Notes: generated from the sequence alone by a model not told the origin. A stretch of 64,000 nucleotides of DNA from Octopus vulgaris (GCA_951406725.2 OX597832.1:61256001-61320000); one strand, 5' to 3'; numbered from the stretch's first letter, positions 13,381-27,772 are shown. Made by a program: numbers and translations.

Positions 13381-14105
13381 ACATTCTCAACTGCAACATC
13401 TAGCACGGTTAGTGGAGGATGTTTTTCTGATAACAACGTGTAATTTTGTCCTGCGAACATTATCATCAATAGTCAACGTGTAGGTAGTTTTATCAGCATT
13501 GCATATTTTCAACAGCAAAGTTTAACTTTGACAGTAGAATTATTCGCGACTGTAAAGTGTACATTGAAAAATAAAGACTTGTTTTCCACATCAACGTATG
13601 TAGCGTTATCTGTGAGGTATATTCTCAACAGCAAAGTGTAAGCTGGTCGATAAAATGTTATTCTAGACTGTAAAGAGTAGATTGGAGAGTAAAAAGCCTC
13701 AACCGTAAAGTGTAGCTTTCTTTATCAGTGACCCATATCCTCAATAGCGAAGTGTAACCTTGGCGATAAATGTTGTTTTGGACAGTAAAGAGTAGATTGG
13801 AGAATAAAGACAGTTCCTGATTGTAAAAAATATAGCTTCATCAATGAAATATATTCTCGATAGCAGAGTGTAAGTTTGTAGATAGAAGTTGTTTTGAACG
13901 GTAAAGTGCAAACTGGAAATAAAGACGGTTCTTGGTTATAAAAGTATAGATTTATCAATGAAATATATTCTCTATAGTAAAGTCTAAGTTGTTCAATGAA
14001 AATTATTTTGGACTGTAAAACGTACCCTGGGGATTGAAGACTGTTTCTCATTGTAAATGTCTAACTTTATCAATGAAATTTATATTCTCAATAGGAAAGT
14101 GTAAT
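13381..14105. repeat. Degenerate ~116-bp tandem repeat (6-7 units) built of three ~39-bp subunits
   Basis: Anchor atattctcaa(c/t)agcaaagtgtaa recurs at ~13381, 13503, 13619, 13735, 13851, 13965 and 14082. Confidence 0.85.
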
Positions 14106-14668
14106 GCCATTGCAGTGTGTTATTGTTTTCGTTATTTTTCTCCAGACCAACTTCGATAGAGTAGATCAGTGATCAAAGCCGCTCGGAAACCTGATCATTT
14201 CGTTTTATTTTCAGGCTAAGTGTATCTAGATTCACACTTTTCAAAGTATTCTTCCAATATTTAGAGGACAGTAGATTATCAGAATCTTCAGTGTGACGAA
14301 TAAAATGGCTTGCGTTATTTCTTCCGGCTCTTTATGCAGTGCGTACGGATCTCGCTAATGTCCACTTTGCTTTTTATCTGTTCTCGACCATTAGAGTAAA
14401 GTACCAGTCACGTATTGGGGTGAATGTAATCGACTCTACGCCCACCCATCAATTCCTATTGGGTTTGGGTCTAATTTAGAAAAAAAATTCATAGCGATTT
14501 GACTGCGTTGTCTAGTGCGTCGTTTGATGACAAAGGCAATCCGAGGTCGGGGAAGAAAAGTGCAGTTTTGGGAAGGAAAACTCCCTCTGCTCGTTAGTAG
14601 TTTATTTTCTATTGCGGTGTAGCTGAATAATTTTTGATTTTTAAAGCCCAGCTTTTAATGTTCAATTT

Positions 14669-14748
<80 letters not shown>

Positions 14749-14845
14749 TATTATTTGAGGGAATGAAATCCAAACTTACAAGGAAAAAGAATTAAATTTA
14801 GAAATACTAAATCAAATTCCACACAATATAATATATATAAAATAT

Positions 14846-15079
14846 TAGAAAAAAACCCACCTTTTATAAATTCAGAATGAATAATTAAATTACACCATCT
14901 AGAAAATTACATATAATATAAATATATAATGTATATAATATGCATTATATTATTCTTGTAATTTACTTAATCTTTACTTTTTAATTGTTATTTTAATTTT
15001 TAACTTTTCTATTATATGTAATTTTCTAGATGGTGTAATTTAGTTATTCATTTTGAATTGATAAAAGGTGGGTTATTTC

Positions 15080-15081
<2 letters not shown>
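14846..15081. repeat. Inverted repeat, ~72-bp arms, lying between (TA)n tracts
   Basis: 14846-14918 (cccaccttttataaattcagaatgaataattaaattacaccatctagaaaattacatataata) matches the reverse complement of 15010-15081 with few mismatches. Confidence 0.9.
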
Positions 15082-15178
<97 letters not shown>

Positions 15179-15285
15179 ATATTTAAATAATAAGGGTAAA
15201 AATTTATGATTATTAGATTAATATCAATTTGAACCAGTGCCCTAGCATGTTGAAAAGATCTGAAGGTTCAGAAAATTATATTACA

Positions 15286-15378
15286 TACATATAAGAGGGA
15301 TGACCACTAGGTCAGACCATATGGGGTCTATATTTTGCATATTAGGAGTCCACCTAGTGGTCATTCCTCTTATATGTA
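15286..15378. repeat. Short inverted repeat (27-bp arms, one mismatch, ~39-nt spacer)
   Basis: tacatataagagggatgaccactaggt ... acctagtggtcattcctcttatatgta. Confidence 0.9.
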
Positions 15379-15495
15379 TATATATATAATATTCATAGCC
15401 ACTTTAACATGGCTGTGCGTTCGAAGTGGCTACGCGTTGATCTCTGAGAGAGATTTTTAGAACGAGCATTTTTGGTTATTATATTTACAGAAAGA

Positions 15496-15539
<44 letters not shown>

Positions 15540-15767
15540 GGAGGGTGGGTGGGAAAGGGAGAGCAAGACGGAGATAAAGCGTATTTAAGTGAATACAGAG
15601 ATTTAGGCGGTTCAGATAATTTTAAAGAACTATTTCGATATTGTTGTAATTGTCATTCAGCCTTATGTCAATCTTGTGAAAGGCGTATAACCAAAAACTA
15701 TCCAAGCATGACCATCCAAATTACTATTTTCAAATCTCACAACGTGAGATATTCAGCAACAAGACTT

Positions 15768-16038
15768 TGTAGTACAGATTGTTTGTCAACGTAACATAGC
15801 AGTCCTGGTTTAGGGCTACTGTTGCTGTAATTTAGCCCCAGGAGAAATAACCCAGAAATCGCGATATACAGATATTGTTTAGAGCTGAGTGGGGGTGCTA
15901 AGTTCCTTGTTCGAAAATATAAGGATACAAATCGTGTCATATAGCCAGCTGGAGATGATGTCTCCTGGGGCTAAATTACAGCAACATTCGTCCTAAACCA
16001 GGACTGCCATGTTATGTTGGCAAACAATCTTTACTACA
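15768..16038. mobile_element. MITE-like element with ~78-bp terminal inverted repeats
   Basis: 15768-15845 pairs with 15961-16038 (gcagtcctggtttagg...tgttgctgtaatttagccccaggaga and its reverse complement). Confidence 0.8.
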
Positions 16039-16418
16039 TGATCATCCAAGTTCTTTTTTTCTACATTAGAGTGTCCACTATATCGTTCTTTCTGTCTTGA
16101 TTTTTTTTGTCTTACCTGTATATATTTTCCTGCAGCCATGAAGAACTGTCACATCTGAAATTGCATTAGAAGACTCACAACACTCTCCCTTCAGATATTC
16201 TCTCATCCCACCGAACCATAAAAAGAGACCTTAGAGTATGATCTAATGGGGGAGATATTAAACCATTTTTAATCTGATGATCGATTATCTAGGTGTTTCC
16301 TAATTGAAATGTTGTTGTTATTTTATACCGGGGACAGATTCGAAGAAGTACGTTTATGGCCACAGACGCACCAACCACGACCAACCCCATATTTTCAGAC
16401 ACGTTATGTTAGAAACAT

Positions 16419-16645
16419 CAGGGCAGTGATCTGGCTGAATCGTTAGAACGCCGGGCGAAATGCTTAGCGGTATTTCGCCAGTGTAATGTTCCGAGTTCAA
16501 ATTCCGCCGAGTTCGATTTTTACCTTTCATCCTTTCGGGTTCGATAAATTAAGTAACACATACGTACTGGGGTCGATGTAACCGACTATTCACCCCAGCC
16601 CACCCCACGCAAATTTCAGGCCTTCTGCCTATAGTAGAAAGAGTT
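16419..16645 (+). mobile_element. SINE family B (tail type 2)
   Basis: cgccgggcgaaatgcttagcggtatttcg...gagttcaaattccgccgag...cctttcatcctttcgggttcgataaattaagta...aaatttcaggcctt. Confidence 0.8.
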
Positions 16646-17397
16646 ATCTTAGAAAGATCAAAGGGTATGATTCGAGGGAATATTTGCTCATACTTCTAAG
16701 AGATCGATTTTCTCTTCTGCTGGTGATGATTACAATATTATTAACGTTCAGTTACCATTCTCGCGGCAGGAATATTTATCGAACGACATCTGAATCGAAA
16801 GATCTTTTACCAAGAAACTTTTCATTAAATGACATATTATCGAAACAACTTTTTATCGAATCGGCGTTACCTCACAACGATTGTAACCGAAAATCTTGTT
16901 ACTTACCCAATTTTTCATGTAATAATTTGAAAATATCTTATGTAGAATACGAATATTTTAAAAACAAAATAAGGGTTACACATCCCTAAGATTTTAAAGG
17001 CAAAATCATTTTTAATATAAAATACAAAATAGAATTTCTATGAGAAAATCTAGTTCAGGACATTTTAGTTACCTTTAATTCTATTAGTAGATGACTAACT
17101 ATATACACGTTCATCTACATTTTCAAATCTTATGGGGTATCTTGCTTTATCGCCATACGGGTGTATGTGCATACACACAGACACATAGACACACATACAC
17201 ACATACACACATACACCCACATGTTACGTATGTATATATGAGTGTGTGTGTGTGTGTGTGTGTATTGGCATGTGTGAGTGTATGGCAGGTGAAGAAAGTA
17301 AAGAAAGCAGCAATTTCGATAAGCAACATGTGACATACATTATGGTTCAGCTTCACTACTGTGGCTGTTGTTTGGCACTGTCATTATAATATATCAA

Positions 17398-17500
<103 letters not shown>

Positions 17501-17561
17501 ATATGTATATATATATTATATGTATATAAATATATACATATACATACATATATGCATAACG

Positions 17562-17605
<44 letters not shown>

Positions 17606-17657
17606 ATAGATATATATATATATCAAGCATATAGATATATATATATATACATACATT

Positions 17658-17717
<60 letters not shown>

Positions 17718-17812
17718 ATATGTATATATATATATATTATATGTATATAAATATATACATATACATACATATATGCATAACGTATATACATATATATATA
17801 TATGTATATATG

Positions 17813-17854
<42 letters not shown>

Positions 17855-17940
17855 ATATATTATATACATGTTTTATATTTTATTTATATATATTTATATG
17901 TACATGTATGTTAGATACATATATATAATATAAATATGTG

Positions 17941-17984
<44 letters not shown>

Positions 17985-18041
17985 ATAGATAGATAGATAG
18001 ATAGATATAGATATTATAAGCATATTATATATATATGCATG

Positions 18042-18368
18042 TTCTTTTATTCTTTAATTTTTTACTTGTTTCAGTTATTTGAATGCGGCCATGCTGGAGC
18101 AACGCCTTTTGTCGAGTAAATCGAATCCAGGACCTATTTTTGTAAGCCTAGTACTTATTCTATCGGCCTCTTTTGCCGAACCGCTAAGTTACGGGGACCT
18201 GTACACACCAACATCAGATGTCAAGCGTTATTGGGGTGGGACAAACACAAATACACACACACACATATATACGACAGGCGTCTTTCAGTTTCCGTCTTCC
18301 ATATCCACTCACAAGGCGTTGATCGCCCCGAGGCTATATTAGAAGACACTTGCCCAAAGTAACACGCA
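18042..18368 (-). mobile_element. SINE family A, lacking most of the head
   Basis: Reverse complement of the tail and body up to gacacttgcccaa. Confidence 0.85.
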
Positions 18369-18619
18369 TGTGTTACTGACATATAGGTATATGTATATGT
18401 GTGTGTGTGTGTGTGTGTGCTTATATATATGAATATGCATGTGTATACACACGTATACACACAAACACACAAACAGACAGACAGACTGACACACACACAC
18501 ACACATATATACACACACGTATGTAAGACACGCTCGCCCATACGCAAACATTATCCTCACATACACAACCTGTTTGCGCGTAAACTCTACCTTGCTACCT
18601 ATGGTTCCAATCACATCCT

Positions 18620-18850
18620 TCTTTTCTGTGAGTTCAATATGTGCAACTGTTGATCCAGACACGTCCTTTTCTTTTCTCTTTTTTCTTCCCGCTCTCAGTA
18701 TTTCCTCATTTCTCTCTGCAGAAGAGCGTAGGCTCGAAACGTCAAAGACTCCCTCCATGTTTCTTGAGCCTCAAACTAATACAGCATTCTATGTTGTTCC
18801 CTCACCTGTCTCTGTATTTTAACTTTTGACATTTGTACAATTTTGAACCC
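18620..18850 (+). mobile_element. Hammerhead-like short element (family H2)
   Basis: tctct CTGCAGA a gagc-gtag-gctc GAAA cgtc aaaga at 18711-18748. Downstream ttcttgagcctcaaactaatac resembles 55050-55072 and H1. Ends in (TA)n. Confidence 0.65.
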
Positions 18851-18882
18851 TATATATATGTACACACACACACACACACACA

Positions 18883-18935
<53 letters not shown>

Positions 18936-18974
18936 TGTACATATATATATATATATATTCACACTTATAATATA

Positions 18975-19052
<78 letters not shown>

Positions 19053-19065
19053 TATATACATACAC

Positions 19066-19113
<48 letters not shown>

Positions 19114-19164
19114 TATAATATATATATATAATTATTTCTATTTTAAGTTTATATATGCACGTAA

Positions 19165-19221
<57 letters not shown>

Positions 19222-20063
19222 GTGTGTATATATTTATATATATACGTATCTGTATGTATGTATGTGTGTATGTATGTATGCATGCATGCATATGTGTATA
19301 TATGCACGTGTGTTCGGCGCTTAGGTATTCGTGCCTACGTGAAGAAAATTCATATAAAGAAAGGAAATTGAGTAGCGAAAACGCCAAGATTATTGAAGGC
19401 GAGAAACAAGACATAGGAAGAGGAATATGGCCAACGCCTCACCTCGGCCTACAGCATCACCAACACGACCACCGTTGGCACCAGAACCCCCCCCCTCCCC
19501 ACACTGACAAACACAGGGTTTTCATCACCACCATCGCAATCATCAACACAGCATACAATACACTTCGGAATCTACAATGCATGAAAAAATAGCAGAAGAG
19601 AATATAAAAGTTTAAAAAAAAATAAAAGAGATAAAACTCAAAAATACATTTTTTTTTAAATGTAGAAAAGCTGCAAGAACAACAATAACAACAACATCAA
19701 CAACAACAATAACAAGAATAACAACAACAACAGCAAGAATAAAAAGCAACAATCGAAACAGAAGAAATGAACTGACATGCAGACACCCTGGTAAAGTTAG
19801 ATGGGGTGCATACCAAAATGTCAGCAGGGAATGATCAGAAATCCAACTAACTGCAAACTTTAGCAGACACTGCCAGTGGCGTGTGTGTATGTGTGTGTGA
19901 GTGTGAATACTAGCGTATATATATATGTATGTGTATGTGTTTATATGTGTATATACATTGATATATGTATATGTAAAAAAAAATATATATGTATATATGT
20001 ATGCATATATATATATGTATATATGTACGCATATATACATATGCATATAAGTATACATACATG

Positions 20064-20104
<41 letters not shown>

Positions 20105-20243
20105 GTATATATATATACATACATAAATGCACACACACATATATATATACATTCAATACTTATTTATATGCATACGCGTGCAAACGCGCGCACATAAATA
20201 TTTACAAATACGTGTGTTTATATGTTTATGGTATGTATATATG

Positions 20244-20341
<98 letters not shown>

Positions 20342-20735
20342 ATATCTATTTGAATGTATGTATGCAATGTATATATATATACGCGTGTCTGCAGAAGAAT
20401 AGAGATGAGCGTAAGGATTCGTGTTTCGTTCAGTTTATGTTTGTTTGTTTGTGTGTGTGTGTGTATATATATATATGTATGTGTGTGTGTGTGTGTGTGT
20501 GTGTGCGGGTGTCGAGAAAAAGAGAAGGAGTGTGAAAGTATGTGTAAGAGATAGGGCGAGAGAGTAAGAAAAAGAAGGAAAGGAGGTTGCGATGAGTGGC
20601 AGATGTTTGCAGGGAAGAAGTGGTGGGTGATGTATTTGGGGCGAGAAATTCGGTTAATTGTAGATGTAAGATGTCGGTAATGTAGAATTGGATTCACTTT
20701 CAACAACACGGAAGAAGTTAGAACCACAGGAAGAA

Positions 20736-20781
<46 letters not shown>

Positions 20782-20814
20782 TATATAACTATATACATAT
20801 ATATATATATAAAT

Positions 20815-20848
<34 letters not shown>

Positions 20849-20893
20849 GTAAATACACACATATATATATATACAGTATATATATCATATATA

Positions 20894-20958
<65 letters not shown>

Positions 20959-21286
20959 TATATGTAATTATATATATTCATCTATTTATACATATGTATA
21001 TATAAATATATATTTGTTTATATATATGTATGCGTGTATACGTACATATATATATGTATATTTATTTACACAGACACACACACACATATATATATAAATG
21101 CATGTGTATATGTATATATGTGTATGTTTGTGTATATGGATATATATACTTACACACACACTTACATAACGATATTCATGAATATATACATACATATATG
21201 TATATATATAAATAGATATACGTATATGTAAGTATTTATATATATATATGTATATATTTATATATATCCATATAGATATACATGAA

Positions 21287-21339
<53 letters not shown>

Positions 21340-21651
21340 CTATATATATACTTATATATATATTCTATAATGATAAGAGAGGTAAGTATTACTTAAATAT
21401 AGGAATATTATTCCTCGGAGAACGTTTAATAAAAAACTAAATATACATAAACAAAATGTGCTTTAGTTTGATCATGAAATTAGTGATGATTAATACTGAT
21501 GGTTAATCGAATTGACACTGAAACTTCCTTTAAAATACCGCACTCAGCTTGCTGTATATCGATGTACATATATATATTTTGCTACATATCTTCTGTAGTC
21601 GTTTAAAATAGTCCTTGTCTCACTTGTATTAGAAATGTCAAGTTAAGAGTA

Positions 21652-22506
21652 TTGGAATGTCAAGTTGAGTAAAATGAGCATTTTCGACACCTTGTTTTTC
21701 TTTTTAATCAAGGTTCCGAGGCCGCAAAAGCTGCTCGCGACATTTGTGCTGTGTATGGAGAGGGTGCCATAACTGAAACAACCGCTCGTGATTGGTATGC
21801 CAAGTTCAAAAAGGGAAATATTGACCTCAAAGACGCGCCTCGTTCTGGCCGTCCAGTTGAGTTCGATGAAGAGCGATTAAACCAACTTTTGCACGTAAAT
21901 TCTCGGCAAACAACAAGGGAACTGACAGAGAAAATGGAATGCTCCTACACTGTTATAGAGAAGTACCTTCACTAGATGGGAAAGGTTCAGAAGTATGGAT
22001 CATGGGTTCGGATGCTTTAAGTAACAACAACAAAAATCAACGAGCCATAATCTCCGCTGGTTTGCTTGTTCGTCACGGCTCAACTCATGGACACAAGCAA
22101 CGATTTCTTTACCGCATTTTTACTGGTGACGAAAAATGATGCATGTACATCAATATGAAGTAGCGCAAGGAATGGCTTACCCCAGTAAACAAGCGACACC
22201 GCGCGTGAAACAAGATCTTCATCCACGTAAAACGATGTTGTGCGTAAAACGATGGTGGTACTGGGAAGGGATTATCCATTATGAATTGCTGAACGGAACC
22301 AAGCGGTCAACGCGGAACTCTTTGTTCAACAGATGGAACGACTCGACACGGCTTTTCAAGAGAAAAGACCTAATCGGCAGCATGGAGTTCTTCTGCTGCA
22401 CGACAGCGCCCGTCCTCATGTTGCCAATATGACCAAGGAAGGCATTCAAACGCATGGCTGGGAAGTGCTGCCACACCCGCCGTACTTTCCTGATTCAGAA
22501 CCTTCC
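21652..22506 (+). pseudogene. Decayed mariner (DD34D-type) transposase
   Basis: EHFRH...AARDICAVYGEGAITETTARDWYAKFK..DLKDAPRSGRP, RIFTGDEK*, LHPRKTMLCV..W.WEGIIHYELL, LLHDSARPHVA and WEVLPHPPYFPD; multiple stops and frameshifts. Confidence 0.92.
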
Positions 22507-22848
22507 ATTTTTTGTTGTTTTTGTACTGCTTAAACGCACGTTTCTTTCCTGCCAAGCTTACTGTTCAAACCATGTTTGTGTTCTCCCAGTCAACAGCCTT
22601 ATCATTACTTGTACTTTAAACATTTCGGTTGCATATTTATGTGAATAAATTCGTTTTTCTTTGGAATAAAAAAAAAAGGTCTATCTTTACTTCTTCTTTT
22701 GCTGGTGTTTCAAATTTAGGTTAAGTCAGTGTTTCTCAAAGGGGAGGCCTATGGGACGGTCGGACGAGTTGTTTTGAGAAAATTGGGTTTAAATATTTGA
22801 CAACTCAGCACCGACCATTGGACAGGGGCATTTTGCTCGTATATACAT

Positions 22849-22937
<89 letters not shown>

Positions 22938-22944
22938 ATATCTT

Positions 22945-23220
22945 TCTTTAGCTAGGTTAAGCCCGAGAACTGCGGTCATGCTGGGGCAACGTCCTTAGCT
23001 GTACTACACTTTCACTCCTTGAAACCTCGTCTGATCCGGGGGGATTTGGTGAAAGAGGGAGTTTCATGTTACTGCCCTGATTTTCGTTTCTTACCACACG
23101 GTAGACACACCTTGAACTCTTGATAGAAGGTGGTGCAGCTTTGTTTGGCAGACACCAATATCCACCCCATTTAGGTGGGTTTTGGCGTGGATACTGAAGA
23201 ATTGTTGGTCCTTGAAATGT
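22945..23220 (-). mobile_element. 3' end of a CR1-like LINE, older copy
   Basis: Minus strand translates ...LNGVDIGVCQTKLHHLLSRVQ...*ETKIRAVT*NSLFHQI, then tail gttgccccagcatgaccgcagttctcgggctt; homologous to 4135-4300. Confidence 0.6.
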
Positions 23221-23257
23221 GAGTTTTGCAGTGACCCTATATACGTGAATACATGTG

Positions 23258-23749
<492 letters not shown>

Positions 23750-23938
23750 TTTTGGCCCCAAAAGTAGGTTTACAGTTATCACATAGGCACTTTAAATTTC
23801 TTTTAAAACATTTCATTACATTTAACTAAATTATAGAATAATGGTTTCATATTTTTTAATAATTAAGACCTAAATTGTTAATATATAAATGCGAAAGAGA
23901 TAGTTGAATAACTGTAAACCTACTTTTGGGCCACCCTG
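23750..23938. mobile_element. Tc1/mariner-type MITE (~190 bp)
   Basis: 23-bp exact inverted match cccaaaagtaggtttacagttat / ataactgtaaacctacttttggg. The right terminus reads cagggtggcccaaaagt on the minus strand; the left terminus is eroded. Confidence 0.75.
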
Positions 23939-24100
23939 TGTATACATGCATTCAGTTTTATGTACATACTACATACACATACGTTAGTACTTGTAAGCAT
24001 ACATAATGACATACACATGCATACATACATATATTCACACAAACACTCATATGCATACATACATAGATACACACATAAATTCATACATAAATATTTACAT

Positions 24101-24138
<38 letters not shown>

Positions 24139-24201
24139 GCACACATGCATACATACTTAAATACACACACATACATATACATACATACATACATACATAC
24201 A

Positions 24202-24233
<32 letters not shown>

Positions 24234-24699
24234 CATACATACACACACATACATATATATATATATATACATACATACATATATGCATACACCTTCCAAC
24301 ATACATTTCTTAGACGTTGAGTAAACTCAAATCGAACGCATTCCGCTCGCAATATCTACACAACCCACCGACCCTCAACAACAATCCACCCGCAACACGT
24401 TCACCACCCGCCTACTACAATCGCTTCCCCTCCCCCATTATGAAGGAAAACGCTTGTAATTGGTCGGGTATGTGTTGAAAGAGTTATGGACGGCCTTCAC
24501 ACGATTTTCGCTCAAGTCATCCAGTAACAACATCATAGATTAGACTCACAGATCAATTGTAATGTTAGATGAGACGACAAATTTTCATCGGAAGCGCATC
24601 GTTTAGTTTTGTTTCTTCAACCGTTTCTCTTTCTCTTTCTCTCTCTCTCTCTCTTTCTTTCCAGCCCCTACTCTCGTCACCACCATCTTGCCCTCTCCC

Positions 24700-25273
24700 T
24701 TACCACCTCCATCAACATGACCTCCACCACCACCACCACCTCCACAACCACCACCACCACCACCTCCACCACCACCACCACCACCACCAGAACCACCACC
24801 ACCACCACCACAACCACCACCACCACCACCACCACCACCACCACCACCACCACCACCACCACCACCACCAGGACCACCACTACCACCACTGTAATGTCCC
24901 CAATCCAGTTACACGTTCCTCACTGCTGCCGCCGCCGCCGCCGCCTCTGCCGCTGTCATTCTACTCATCACCATCACCACATAACCACCACCATCACTAC
25001 CATCGACGCCGCCGCCTCCGCCCGATTTTAGTAATTGATCTGATGCCCACATCTGGAAACATTTGTAACGCTGTCAGATTTTAAGGGGTTTTATTTTTTG
25101 AGTTGTTGAAGATGGCGATGGTGATGATGATGCTGGCAATGATGATGGTCACGTTGATGATGTTGAGGATGATGATGATGATGATGGTGGTGCTGTTGAT
25201 GAGACAGTTGATCAGATGATGACCAGGATCATGTGTTGATGATGATGATGAAGTAGATGATTTTAATGATGAC

Positions 25274-25308
<35 letters not shown>

Positions 25309-25490
25309 CGATGATGACAATGATGATGATGATGATGATGATGATGATAATGATGATAATGATGATGGTGATGATGGTGATGATGATGACGATGATGATT
25401 GCGATGAAATTCAAGACGATGATGATCACGACGACGAAGGCGGCAACGACGATGACGGTCATGTTGATTATGATGATGATGAAGATCAAG
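24700..25490. repeat. (CCA)n and (GAT)n trinucleotide arrays
   Basis: Directly visible; explain the poly-His/Thr/Met/Ser ORFs. Confidence 0.9.
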
Positions 25491-27269
25491 ATGGTGTGCT
25501 GTTGTCTGTCTGGGAAGGGATGCTTTAGGTGGGAACTAGAGATCTCCGGGTGTCGAGTATCAAGGGGTGTCGAGTGTTAAGGTCGATGTATTGGTTTTCA
25601 GTGTTGGACCATCCATTTGCTTTTTTTTTCTTCTCCTCACGTTCAGGAGTGGGAGTGTGTGGGGTTATGAGTGCTGTGGGCTGGAGTGAGCTGAAGCGTT
25701 GCGCCTGTGAAGTGGCCTGGTGATCCGGTGATCGATTTGGTGCGACGTTGACACCAGCACGGTATTGGATCAATGTGTGAGGTAAGGGTCATTTGCGGAA
25801 TTGGCGGCGGCGTTGGCGGTGCCGGTGATGGTGGTGTCGTTGGCAGGGCACTTGTCAGTAGAAGTGGTTGTGATAGTGGTATTTTGGCGCTGGTACTGGT
25901 GTCAGGAGCAGTAGTGGGGACCTTGATGGTGATGGTGGTGTTAGTGCCGTTGTCGAAAGAAACGGTTGTGGCGGTGGTGGTGGTGGTATTGCTATTAGGT
26001 GGAATGGTGGTGGTGTTGGTAGAGGGCAGTTGTCGGTAAAAGCATTTGTGGCGATGGTGGTGATAGCGCTAGTACTGCTGTCAGGACTCTACTGCTGGTG
26101 GCGGAGGTGTTTTTGGTGATGGTTTTGGTATTGGTATCGGCGTACTTCAGGTTCCAATAGACCCGCTAGCTTTGAAGTGAAATCGGGTAAGTGTTGGGGT
26201 TTAAGCAAGAATTAGGATAGGGGTTCGTTATTTTCGCTCTTTGACTGGATAAGTTACAGAGTTTCATCATTTGCTGTTGTTGTTTAACCCCAGGTTATCC
26301 CTAATCGAGCAAGCCCATGGTGAAATGTACGCGAAACTCAGGTTTCCTTTACCTAATAATGTTTTTCCCTGAGATATGAGCAACACCATTTGAAGGAAAA
26401 TTGGCTGCCATTTCTTGCAGATCAAGTTATCGCATAGATCTTTTCTCATTGTTTATTCAACCGTGGTGTTAGTCTGGAACCGTTTCTTTGTGTGGCATTG
26501 GGTTTAGTGAGGTTGCGGTTCGGTGTCAGTCGTGGTATTGATGCGGACGAATTTGATATGGTGACGGGTTAATGGTGTAGCGATGCATTCACAAGGTTCT
26601 TGGAGTTTGCTTGTATTCTTATGCTCGGTTCAATAATTACATACTGTTAATCATAACTGCATGCAACGTTTGTCTTATGCTTATGATGTGTCTTGGATTT
26701 ATGATGTGTCAAATACGATTGTTTATTAAAATCGTTCCAATCACTTAACCGGAACTGCTTCAAAACAAACAAGGATCTTAGAGGCTCTCCAAGTTTTCCC
26801 CTCAAAAATTTTGCCCCTCGATACAGTGACGTGTCATACCCTTCCACTAGATCTTTTTTCTTGCTCCTTTCTCCTACCATACCTCTAATGCAGTATTTAG
26901 CGAGTTGTCTTCTCTTTTCATTTTGTATTTGTTTCGTTTTGTTTCATTTTTCTGAGTTCAAATCACGCCGACGTCTAATTTTTATTTCAGCCTTCGTGGA
27001 TGGGCTAAATAAAATACCATTCTAGAGCGGCGATTCTCAACCATTTTGTTTGCCTATGGAACCCCTTTCATTCCTCTTTAACTCGGATGGATCCTCATAG
27101 CCATTCGATGTTTAAAAAATCCTGAGCGAATAGAAGATCTGAATGAGTCTCTGTTGGACTTTGCAGTATCTTATAAATCGTTTCCCATTATACACACCGA
27201 CCTTTTCTACGTTACGATTGAATCAGGTCTTCTAAATGAAACGATTCTAACTATGCCGTAGAACCTCAC

Positions 27270-27368
27270 TCTCTTTCTTTCGTTTTCTTTCTTTTTTCTT
27301 TCCGTCGTTCATTCGCTCGCTCGTTCTTTCCTTTCTTTCATTCTGTCGTTCATTCGTTCCCTTCTTTT

Positions 27369-27423
<55 letters not shown>

Positions 27424-27480
27424 GTCGTTTGTTCGTTCGTTCCTTCCTTACTTTCATTCTTTCTTTCCGTCGTCGTTCGT

Positions 27481-27520
<40 letters not shown>

Positions 27521-27690
27521 TTTTCTTCCTTTTTTCTTCCGTTCTTTCCTTCTGTCGTTCCTTCCTCCCTTACATTCTTCTTTTCTTTCTTCCTTTCTTT
27601 CTGTCGTTCGTTTGTTCCTTCTTTCCTTCCTTCCTTCCTTTCTTTCCTTCTTTCTTTCTTCCCTTCTTTCTTTCTTTCTTTCTTTCTTTT

Positions 27691-27722
<32 letters not shown>

Positions 27723-27772
27723 TTCCTTCCTTCTCTCCTCTCATTCTTTGTTTGTTTCTTTCTTTCTTTCTT
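27270..27772. repeat. (TTTC)n/(TTCC)n polypyrimidine tract
   Basis: Directly visible; explains the KERKK ORFs. Confidence 0.95.

Noticed and set aside
13381-14105. Regularly spaced repeats as a CRISPR array or repeat protein
   Set aside because: The whole unit is repeated with no unique spacers, there are no cas genes, the context is eukaryotic, and frames contain stops and indels.
19850-19880. Minus-strand tggcagtgtct resembling the 5' end of miR-34
   Set aside because: The match ends after ~11 nt and I see no precursor hairpin; at most a chance seed site.
24569-25084. His/Pro-rich ORF resembling a transcription-factor low-complexity region
   Set aside because: Derived from (CCA)n; no DNA-binding domain or convincing splice context.
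27025-27130. hAT-like terminus (gcgattctcaacc; also cagtgtttctcaa at 22727)
   Set aside because: No matching opposite end or 8-bp TSD could be identified.
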